A stretch of DNA of 64,000 nucleotides from Balanoglossus misakiensis (lineage: Eukaryota > Animalia > Hemichordata), in contig CM082588.2 of assembly GCA_040954595.2 (NCBI GenBank), positions 7,080,202-7,144,201 of the forward strand, given 5' to 3'. The notes beneath the pieces are model-generated. The model ran no database searches. It was not told the origin of the DNA and saw nothing but the letters and a program-made list of their open reading frames with translations. The stretch's first letter is position 1, and each line of letters opens with the position of its first letter. The position numbers and the translations under genes were made by a program. Of the stretch, positions 23,130 to 34,900 are shown one piece after another.

Positions 23130-25490
23130 GTCAATTTCCCTATCCTACACATGTTGGCATATTAAATTGTTTGGCATACATGTAACTTAGGCTGCAGAGT
23201 TAAAATATTGATTAATGATAATTGAAAACTGTCCATTATTAATTGCAATATTGTTGAATAAAGTGTTATTTTTTCATGCAGTGTCCCCACATAGGGAGTA
23301 CCTGTGTGTGCATGCATGCATGTGTGTGTGTGTCAATGTGTGGAGATCTCTATCCCTAAAATATTGGAGAAGGGGACTTAAGTCTGGAATTGTTTTTTTT
23401 TTTTTTTTGGTCAAGAAAAGAGTCTGTTTATTATAAATAATTAATTGATGTATTGTTCTTTTTCCCCCCAAATTGTATTATGGAGAACAGTCACCTGACC
23501 CATAAGCAAGATGGCTGCTTCCAAGGTCAACTCGCCCAATGTTTTCAGGCTGTCCAGTTACAGCTTATAACCAGAGTGTGATCGCCGATGAAGGATGTAC
23601 GTGCTTCCTGATCAGCTTTGCCAAATCATAAAATAACGTCAACGTTGAATGGTTCAAGTGCCATGTCGAAAATAACGTCAGCCAATCACTGTGCTTGTAT
23701 GTATTGTCCTATGAGTTCCATACAGAAACCAAGTTACGGTACCTGTATTAATTCAGCACTGCTATGCAATGATTGCTTTTTGTATATCCAAGAATTTTAA
23801 TATTTTTATACTGATGAACATTGAATTTATACAACAGATTCCCCTATATAAAGGGAATTATGGACAGTCTGTTTAGGCAAACTAAATTATACCATACCAG
23901 TACTGTTATTTGTCTATTGGATAAAGTTTGGACTTCTGAATCCTTTCACCACCATGGTTCAGTCCAAATTCATTGTTTTCTATGGTAAGGTACAACCTAA
24001 AGAGGAAACAAACAAAATTATTTCTTTATATACAAAAAAGGGGTCAATATTTTACACTTTTTAAGTAATGAAACACCATTGATTTGTACACTGAGAGGCT
24101 CTATGACATTCCATGTGTTCTTGATATCACAAAGAGGTTAAAAAAGAAAGACTTTGTCTCTTCAATGAAGTCATTTACAACAGGAGAAAAAATGTAAATA
24201 TATACTTTAGACATAAATCCTATATATGAACGTTTCATCATTGTAATAAAGTTCTTATAGATTTATTGCAACACACTTGATGTTCTTTCTCTGTTTTATT
24301 TCCAATGTCTTACCTTGGTGTATGCATGACAGACTTGAACAAGCTTTTCACACACACCTCCATCGTTCAGAACCCATTTGGATAAGGTGGTATTAATTTT
24401 CCTGTAATTCTTTTGAGTGACTCCAATCACAAATCTTTGAAATATTTCAATGCTACAGCACCAACATGCGTGTTGATAAGCACAGAAGTTATTTTCAACC
24501 GTTTTTGGATTTCTTACAATTTTACCAGCAAAGAGTCACCCAAAGTATACAAGTTATTGTATTGTGGCATTGTGTTTTCTTGTTTGTTCTACTCCAAAGT
24601 TTCCCCAAACAAAAAGTTTAGGCTAATTTTCATTAAAAAATTACACGGGACTGGCCAACATACAAAAACAATATGGAGCAGTGATACATGAAATTATTGA
24701 CTCAATTTTAATAATATTCAGTTTTTCATCACAAACCCATAAGTTCAGAAAAAGATTTCTTGTGACAGCCCTTCCAATTAACCAAATGGCAACATCACCT
24801 AGATTCAAGCATGACTATCCTTGTGAGTGCTAGAGACACTTGCAGAATCTTGCATTAGACGTACAAAATCATCATCATCATTGTCAATGTCATCATCATC
24901 ATCAAAAGCTAGAAATCTCTCAGTTGTTTACAAATGTTCATAAACGTTGCCTGTATATGAACAGCTTCGGACAGAAAACATTTCAGACAAACTCTATGTG
25001 ATCCACTACAGCTGTATACAAAGCCTTAGTCACACTACAGACATGCTCAGACAAACTATAAATTCTGATTTACATAAGTTTTTTTTTTCAAAACTTCTAT
25101 TAAAATATTTACATCGACTAACTTACATGAAGAAAAGAAAGAAATATGTCACACTGTCTAGTAAATAGTGTCTCGTTTTCAGTCCCTTTTTATTTACAAA
25201 ACAAAATTTTTATCTTTCATTTCCTCAGCCAGACAAAAAATGTGTAAATGGTTCTAACAATTCCAATGTTTGTGACTAATGCCCCCAAGTGAGAAAAGGC
25301 CAAAAATACATACACATGCCAAAACAAAACAAGTCACATGGCAAAAATAATAATAAAAACAATAATAATAGTCTGATTGAAACATTATCCTGCCAATAAA
25401 AAAAGAAGGCCTGGGGCAGAAATCATACAGGGACATTAGCTGTAACTATCGGTTACTGGAAATATCACTAGAATTTTACACTCCTTATAA

Positions 25491-25675
25491 AGGTATACGG
25501 TCACCTATGGAAAATTAGCTCTAGTTACCATGGCAAATTGAGATCTAGCCAATCACAGATTTTCAGTGGGTGGCACACACGAAAAAAAGAGCGCCACCAT
25601 TTGTTCTTTAGAACGCTAAAATACGCCACTTCAGCCATATATGGGCGTATGTAAATTGGCGGTGACTGTATACCT
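25491..25675. mobile_element. Kolobok-like MITE (aggtatac..gtatacct, TTAA-type TSD); intact copy also at 63732-63910, decayed copies near 3663-3790, 33940-34092 and 43940-44065
   Basis: Shared core ccatggcaaattgagatctagccaatcacagattttcagtgggtggc..agcgccaccat; TTAA flanks at the 63.7-kb copy. Confidence 0.8.
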
Positions 25676-26008
25676 TTAATCTCACCCAGTCATGTGATAC
25701 ATTCAGCAAATACATCAAATGAATTGAAAGAAAAATCTGAAAAAGAAATCTGTGGCATTTGTGACATGAATAAGTTTAAAAATGAATCACTTCTCACCAT
25801 TCCATACCCGACCATATTCTGGGATTGAGATGAGGCAATCTCATGTCTGAATTTGGCCTGTTCCACACAAAATGATGAATTTTCCACGTTATAATAAAAT
25901 GCCTATCCAAACATATAAATTGTGCGTATTTACAGTACACAACGAACACTTCAATAATTTGGTGCAGGAGTCCTGGCCAAGTCTTGACGTTAATGGTTTG
26001 GGCAGAAC

Positions 26009-26101
26009 TTAACCCTCTCACCACAATGGCTTAGCCCAAATCCTTGTTTATCTATGGTAAATATGGACCTCTATAGAGGGAACTGGGGGTGAAAGGGTTA
26101 A
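26009..26101. mobile_element. Short TTAA-CCC..GGG-TTAA (piggyBac-like) MITE 10 nt downstream of the ISCU stop; relatives near 23940, 40263, 43635, 48734 and 54616
   Basis: ttaaccct..caccac.atgg..ccaaatc..ttctatgg..ggggtgaaagggttaa recurs in several introns. Confidence 0.65.
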
Positions 26102-26111
26102 CCTCGAAACC

Positions 26112-28530
26112 CTAATTTGACGCTTGTGTCCTGGCCGCGTCTATCGAATCTTGCTTGACTTTGAAATCATTCAATGCTGCTTTGATGGCGTCTTCGGCCA
26201 ACACTGAAATTACAATAAGAAACTGTTAGTGCCTTGTTTCCCTACTGGCGTTTGAAATTAATGAGAGTCCTACAGTCCGAGACAGACTGTTTTCATGCCT
26301 GATTAAAATTTAGCCAATCTACATTCTACAAGACTTAGTGTTACAGAAGATCTTTAGCAATGTCACTAGCCGGGGCTTTCATCCTGGCAGTGATGTTCCC
26401 GAGTTTCATATGGGGAGGGGAGATTCACCTCTTGTTGACACCCCCCAGAAATTTATCCCGGGGGACCAGCGCCCTTGCCACAGAAGAATCCCCCGAAATA
26501 TTCTGGCAAGGGCAAGGGGAGGGGCAGGGGATGTTATAAAATGATGTCATTCACATAAAAATATAACATTCCCCTCCCCTTGCCCTTGCCACAGAGGAAT
26601 CCCCCGAAATATTCTGGCAAAGGGGGACATATCCCCCTATTGATGCAATCCTGGATGGAACACTGCTGTTCTTTGAAGTATGTGTTACCCGAAATTGCTA
26701 TTTAATTTCATACGTTTACTTACTTGAACAATGAAGTTTGACAGGTGGAAGAGAAAGTTCTTTGGCGATCTGTGTGTTCTTGATTTTAGAAGCCTCATCA
26801 AGCTGTAAAGCAATGTGAAACACATAAGCAGACGAAAAATATCCAATCATATGATCTACATGTACCAAATTCCAATTTTTACTGGTACCTATACATGTAT
26901 AGCTTTGATGGCATTTCTACATTTAAGGTTTAACTAGCCCTGGGGAACAAAAACCATCATTTATATTTTCTTACTGCATTGAAACTGACATAGTGACAAG
27001 GTCTGGTGAAGCAACTTAGAAAATGCTTCACTTAATTTATGCATTACACAAGTTATATGTTGTTGTTTTTTTTGTACATGCAACCACAACATTTTGGGAA
27101 AAAGCATTTACTTACTGTTTTTCCTTTCACCCATTCTGTAGCCAGGGAACTTGATGCGATAGCTGACCCACACCCAAAAGTTTTAAATTTAGCGTCAACG
27201 ATCTTGCCGTCCTCATCAACTTTGATCTGAAAAAGAATTTCATTGAAATGTTCACAAATGAAATTTGTGCACACTAACACCCCAAATGTCACAATCCGCC
27301 GCTAAATATTTTCACCGATTCAGGTGTGGAATTGCCATGTTCCGTACATGATACATTGGACAGATAATCTGTCCGATATAATGGATTTGTCATACAACAT
27401 GTAGTTATGAATTGAACAGAATTTCTGATGTATTCAGGATATCTCAGAGATACTTACTTGTAATTTCATAACATCACCACAAGCTGGAGCTCCCACTAAC
27501 CCTGTACCCACTGTCTTATCCTTCTTATCTAGCGATCCAACATTCCTTGGATTTTCATAGTGATCTATCACCTGTGAATATAAAAATTCAGGACATTTGG
27601 TTCATCAGATACTATTGTGTTTAACATTGTTACACTTATGTAACTAATATTCAAATTGACCAAAAGCAATAATACATAAATGATATATGTAACAGTTTTT
27701 AATTTAACATCAGAATTTTCCCTGCTCTTATCAGAAAACAAGTTTACTACACAAGATAGGAATGTTTTGAACATCATTATCTCCTGTCTGATTGTAAATG
27801 TATGTCATATGACAATAGACATCAACACTTGATGAAAACTACAAAAAAGCCAGTAAACCATAAAACTTGCGCAGTAAATTTTCAATGGTCTACCTTATCT
27901 TATGCAGCTTCGTTACAACTTACAGTATGACAATTTTTATCAACATTCCCAGTACATGTACATCAGAATGCACAATGTACCATGGCCACACACACACATG
28001 CGTCACACATAAACATACAATAATACACGACTGCAGGTAAACAATTTCAACCGCTCCTCCATCAGAAAATGTACAAGGCTATGGAGCCAAGGACAAACTT
28101 GTTTTTCAAAGCCAAAAAATGCATCGGTCTCAATCAGGGTTTCACATGATTATGTATATTGCACTTTTCATAAAAAAACTTGTATGATGTAGTGATGTAC
28201 TTGCAGGACTCTGCATCCTGGTAGCACATCCTGGTCGTGAATTTGCACCGATTGATATGTTTACTGGGGCTAGGGCGATTCGCCTCTTTCGACAAGGTGC
28301 CCATGTAGAATTATAAAGCCCTTTAAATCCATGTCCAAGGTCAACATCACGAGGCGAGACAAGGATGCCCAGACTGGACCAGTTACGTCACAGACACACG
28401 TTGTGAACCAACGAACGATCGCGAGCAAATGGAAAATACTCACCTTCTCGTGATAGCAAGCGGTCGGCATGACACTCCTCAGGCACGTCGCGCTTCTCAG
28501 CGACTGTCCCACCTGTCTTAGCATCGCCAT
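26112..28530 (-). CDS. ISCU: Iron-sulfur cluster assembly scaffold protein, mitochondrial; 5 exons, 160 aa
   Basis: Exons 28530-28444 ([18 protein letters not shown]), 27571-27458 ([30 protein letters not shown]), 27226-27116 ([27 protein letters not shown]), 26802-26724 (..[15 protein letters not shown]), 26203-26112 ([11 protein letters not shown]..stop). All three Cys ligands and the LPPVK motif are present. Confidence 0.97.
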
Positions 28531-28907
28531 GGTTCGCAAATTGTGGAGAAAAGTGGCTAAAAACTTCAAGTGTATTGCATTGACATTGACTACAGACCGC
28601 TCGCACACAGAGAATGATGTTGCAACCGTCCCACCTCTCGCCTATTTACGTTAACCTTCTTCACAAAAAAGTAGTGCGCAATATTAATCATGTAGTGAGT
28701 GTGAAGATATACGCTAAAATCGGGTGAAAATATATCAGTTCTTATGTATTCCTAAACTGGTGTTTTCTATTTGTTTTGTGATCGTCAAAGATACGAATCT
28801 GTTTTATTGGGAATTATTTTTGCGGATGAATATATATCATTACAAAACTCGGGTCAAAGGTGAAGATTGGGTTTCTGTTCCCAGCATGCTGCATTCCTCA
28901 GGCAGAA

Positions 28908-31900
28908 ATGGCAGACGACGCAGATGGTAAGTGAAAACTATGGAAAGCCACAGCTGTCTTAAGTCCATTGTTACCATTATACGACGCTTATACATCATTA
29001 TACAATGTGCATACATCATTATACGCTGCTTGTGCAACGTTATACGATGTGAATACATCATTATACATTGCCCATACATCATTATACGACGCTCATACAT
29101 CTTTATACAATGTGCATACATCATTATACGCTGCTTGTGCATCGTTATACGCTGTGAATACACCATTATACATTGCCCATACATCATTATACGACGCTCA
29201 TACATCTTTATACAATGTGCATACATCATTATACGCTGCTTGTGCATCGTTATACGCTGTGAATACATCATTATACATTGCCCATACATCATTATACGCT
29301 GCCCATACATCTTTATACAATGTGTATACAGCATTATACGCTGTGCATACATCATTATACGCTGTGCCTACATCATTATACGCTGTGCCTATATCATTAT
29401 ACGTCGCACATTCACCATGATACTATGCCCGTTCAACATACGGTGCGCGTTTGGCTTTATACTATGCAGACATGTCATTATGATATGCTATGCCTAACCG
29501 CAATTCCGTCAAAGAGGGCGCACTTTTCGGGTTTTTCTTTCTTTATTCTCCTGTCAATCTTCGGCCAACTAGATCTCTGAAACTGCTGCAGGTACACTTC
29601 TCAAACTTGCAACAGTGGTCAAGGTCAATGAGTAGATGTGCAGTGGCTTGTGAATATTTAATTAGTCACGTGACCTGGCGGCCTTATTGGATTTCGTGAA
29701 AAAATGCAAATCTCAGATCTCAGAAACTACAAGTCTGATCACCTTTAAATTTGGCGTGCAGGTAGACTACCTTTTGTCCATCATTTTTGTAATTGGAAAT
29801 TATGCTGTCAAAGTTGCAGGTTTTTTGCTACAATTGTTTTTCTGAAAAACTACTTAAAACTTTAAAAAATCTTCCCCTCCAGAACCAGCGATTGCCGAGT
29901 CACGGGATTCGGGGTATGTGGTCACCTAACCTATGTCTCTATAGTATGCGAAGCGCACTGTGATTGGTCTATCGTTATGGCGGCCATATTGGATTTTCGG
30001 AAAACCATTGAAAAATGAAAATTCCGTTTTGTAGCCAAAATGATGACAGCATGGAAAATCTTTTTGTGGATATGAGTCATCATATGACCGGAACTTGTCA
30101 CAATTATTATTATTATTATTTTTTTTTTTTTTTTTTTTTTGGGGGGGGGGGGGTCCAATTTTCCCATGACCTTTGACCCAGTTTTAAAACAACTAATTAT
30201 ATATGCATATGCCTTGTATCTCCTCTTGCAACAGCACCACAGTCATGAAATTTGTGGACATGGGTACCACTGCTACCAGGACATGACACAAATATTTTGG
30301 GAATTTTAGCAATGACCTTTGACCTATTTCTGAAACATCATTTTTCTGCATATCTTATTCCAGGCTAACCAATAGGGCTAGAGGTCGTGTGTTTGTTGGA
30401 CATGGTCCACTATGGGGTCAACATTTTATGCCCAAATTTTGGGTGACCTTGGGTGACCTTTGATCTAATTTCCCATATCTCAGCAGCCGCAGCAGTTAGA
30501 GCCCTGGCTTTTGGGGGGATTGAGCACAATGGAGTCTTACACAAGACTTCATTAATTATGTGCATACCTAATTCTAGGCGAACCAATAGGGCTACGGGTC
30601 TCGTTTTTGTTGGACGCAGACTAGTATGAGGTCCAATATTTTTGCGCAAATATGGGGTGACCTCAGGTGACTTTTGACTTACTTTCCCATATCTTGGTAT
30701 CCACAGCAGATACAGCCTTGGCATTTGCTGGTTACCATGGGAACCGCTTGTGCCCCGCCAACGCTGCTTGCAGCTTTAATTTAATCTGTACTTGTTATGT
30801 ATGACATTTTTCTCACCCAAAAAATGTTTATTCAAGCCGAAAATTTCAAAATTATATCTTTTTATCATCGAAGTATGTTTCTCGATGATAAAATATGTTT
30901 TAAACAATTTCTGATGTGCAAAAACTGTGATTTGGTGCCAAAAATATCATACATAACATGTCGAAAGAGTTTGATCAAATATATTCATATTTTTACAGAG
31001 TTATAAAAACTTATTTTCATACTCGTACTGCAGATGCCAAACCGCGATGGTCGCCCGAAAATGCTTAACTACATGTACTTTCAGTCTCTCGAAACCAAAA
31101 CCGAATCCAAGTCTTACTTCAGTACAATCATGTGTATAAGTGCGCCCTCTTTGACGGAATTGGGGTTAGGAATAGCATATCATAATGACATGTCGGCATA
31201 GTATAAAGCCAAACGCGCACCGTATGTTGAATGGGCATAGTATCATGGTGAATGAGCGACGCATAATGATGTATGCACAGCGTATAATGATGCACAAGCA
31301 GCGTATAATGATGTATAAGCGTCGTATAATGATGCATAAGCGTCGTATAATTATGTATGGGCAGCATATAATGATGTATCCACAGCGTATAATGATGCAC
31401 AAGCAGCGTATAATGATGTATGCACATCGTATAATGATATATGCACATTGTATAATGATGTATACACATTGTATAAAGATGTATGAGCGTCGTATAATGA
31501 TGTATGCACATCGTATAATGATATATGCACATTGTATAATGATGTATACACATTGTATAAAGATGTATGAGCGTCGTATAATGATGTATGCACATTGTAT
31601 AATGATGTATGCATATCGTATAATGATGTATGCACATTGTATAATGATATATTCACATTGTATAATGATGTATGCACATTGTATTATGATGTACGAGTGT
31701 CGTATAATGATGTACGAGCAGGGTATAATGATGTATGAGCGTCGTATAATGATGTATGGGCAGCGTATAATGATGTATGCAGAGCATATAATGGTAACAA
31801 TGGACTTAAGACAGCTGTGGCTTTCCATAGAAAACAAACATGCGTGCACATATGGGGTGCCATGTGTTAACTTATTATTTAGCTAAATTATTTGTTCAAA

Positions 31901-34900
31901 AGTCGTTATTTAACATACTTATATGTATGTAATTATAGATTTGCAAACCATTTAAGTCCTGACAATTTATTTATAAATAATTTCAAGTCGATTCAATTAT
32001 ATACATAAAATGTATTTTATGCTCTTTTATTTATATATAATTAATTATTTATAAATAATAAAAATGTAAGTGTATTATATATATATCATGAGTGATGTAC
32101 ATAATTATTTATATTTAATAAATGATTTATAAATAAAAAAAATTTAAGTGTATTATATATATATCATGAGTGATTTATAAATAATTTAAGTGCAAGTCTA
32201 TTATATATATATAATGAGTGATTTAAATTATATAATGAATTATATATAAATAAGTGATTTCTAAACCATGAAAAAATGCACTCGCGCCGTTTGTCAACTT
32301 ATTATTTAACGCAAACTCATTATTTAACGCAAACTCATTATTTAAGGCCTGTTCACACAACCCCTTGCATTTGGATCATTACGCACACATATAGTCCCCA
32401 CACGTGAACAAGAAATGCACATTACGTGCGGTCATTTCAATTTATATTATACTCCTTTCAAAGGTTAGATGAAACACCGAAAAAGGTATCAACTAGTTAG
32501 TGATTTTAGCCCGTGATTGCAATGTTTGATTGAAACGCGAAAAGCTGATCGATAGCTCTACATTGTGGTCTCCGAGGTCAAAGGTTGGCCGGTCATGACA
32601 ATGCCATTATTAAAATAGGGGCCAGTCTTCAAGACGTGACTCTACCAGCCTCCAGACCAGGAACTGGCGACCCGCCGTTTGTTTCCAACGCCAAATTTGA
32701 TTCTAATGTTGAATTTACGAGAAAACAATTTATCTGACCTGTAGTTTTTTGGCTCACTTACGTTTTGATGACTGGCCCCTATTTTAATAATGGTATCGCC
32801 ATGACCGGCCAACCTTTGACCTCGGAGACCACAATGTAGAGCTATCGATCAGCTTTTCGCGTTTCAATCAAACATTGCAATCACGGGCTAAAATCACTAA
32901 CTAGTTGATACCTTTTTCGGTGTTTCATCTAACCTTTGAAAGGAGTATAATATAAATTGAAATGACCGCACGTAATGTGCATTTCTTGTTCACGTGTGGG
33001 GACTATATGTGTGCGTAATGATCCAAATGCAAGGGGTTGTGTGAACAGGCCTTAAATAATGAGTTTGCGTTAAATAATGAGTTTGCGTTAAATAATAAGT
33101 TGACAAACGGCGCGAGTGCATTTTTTCATGGTTTAGAAATCACTTATTTATATATAATTCATTATATAATTTAAATCACTCATGATATATATATAATAGA
33201 CTTGCACTTAAATTATTTATAAATCACTCATGATATATATATAATACACTTAAATTTTTTTTATTTATAAATCATTAATTAAATATAAATAATTATGTAC
33301 ATCACTCATGATATATATATAATACACTTACATTTTTATTATTTATAAATAATTAATTATATATAAATAAAAGAGCATAAAATACATTTTATGTATATAA
33401 TTGAATCGACTTGAAATTATTTATAAATAAATTGTCAGGACTTAAATGGTTTGCAAATCTATAATTACATACATATAAGTATGTTAAATAACGACTTTTG
33501 AACAAATAATTTAGCTAAATAATAAGTTAACACATGGCACCCCATATGCACAATGTAAAAGTAGTGATCTGGCAACAAAATCCAGTCTTTTGTCCAATCA
33601 AATATTGCAAGAAGGAAGACTTGTACATGAGGTGCATTTTCACAGTACAGCAACCGATTGTGAAGTGTCAACAATATCACGATCGCATTCCCATGGTAGT
33701 CATTGATCATTGATATATACATACAAATGAAATGTACAGTATCTACCTCCCATAGTTGTCACCAGAGTGAATAAACAATAACAAAAAACCCTTAAAATCT
33801 CTGACAGTTCTGATTGTCAAGACTGTCTGCCACTTATTACTGACTGTCATATTTTAGTGCAATTGCCAATATAGTACAGTTGGCAAAGTTCAGTGATTTC
33901 CTGGTAGAAAATGTAAATAATTTGTTTGCTTGAGAATGGGTCACAGTGGCAATTAGCTATAGTTGCCATGGCAAATTGAGATTTAGTCAATCACAGATTT
34001 TCAGTGGGTGGCACTTACAAATAAAGAGCGCCACCATATGTTCTTTATATGGGCGTATGTAAATTGGTGGTGACTGTATACATGTACCTTTAATGTCAGT
34101 AGTCTTCAGTGACAAATTTCTTTACTTTACAGAAATACCTCCATTGGAGGACATGACTGAGGTTCTCCAACAGGCAGAGAAATTACAAAAAGTGACATTA
34201 GGAAATGCATCCGACCCGGTTACAACAGACCTGTCTAGCCACGATGTAAAAACAGAAAGTACTTCTGTTCACAACAAACCTGGTGGCGATGACAGTACTG
34301 GCAGTGGAAGTGTTTCACCACAGAAAAAGCAGGTAGGCTTAACATGTAGAATTGCTCATAAAAGTTAATTAGTTTCTAATATAAACTTTTAGGAAAGAAG
34401 TTTAACAACTTATTACTCACAGACATCAATTTTGAATTCCGATACATACTTTTTAGGTAAAACTAAAAACAAACTGACTTTCATAGAAATGTTGGTATTT
34501 GTCGCTGAGGTGAATGATAAAATTCAATGCATCACACAAAGAACTCTAGATTGTTTGCTGTTCTACCTTCATTCATATTTTTTTAATTCTTTCTTTTTTA
34601 TGGTACTTTGAATTGCAGACTAAGATTGAAAGCAAACAAAAGCAAGGCTCGTCAACTTATGGTGGTATGAAGAAAGGTTTTCTTTTTGGATCTGCATCAG
34701 GCACTAAACCCAAACCCAAAAAGGTCAAAGAGGACATCCCACTGATCAAACCAAATAATTCATCTGTCGGTTCCTCAAAGGTGCAGTCCATACCAGAGGT
34801 TCAGGAAGCTCTCAGAAATGATGCTCCACTATTACAGAGTAAAGGTCAGTGACATTTACCCGTCCAAATAACAGATATTCTGTTTTACCTTTAGCAATTC

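Noticed and set aside
28840-31886. Multiple 100-230-aa ORFs with 7-aa periodicity; superficial CRISPR-like regularity
   Set aside because: These come from a 21-bp minisatellite open in several frames on both strands. There are no unique spacers or cas genes, and the context is a eukaryotic intron.
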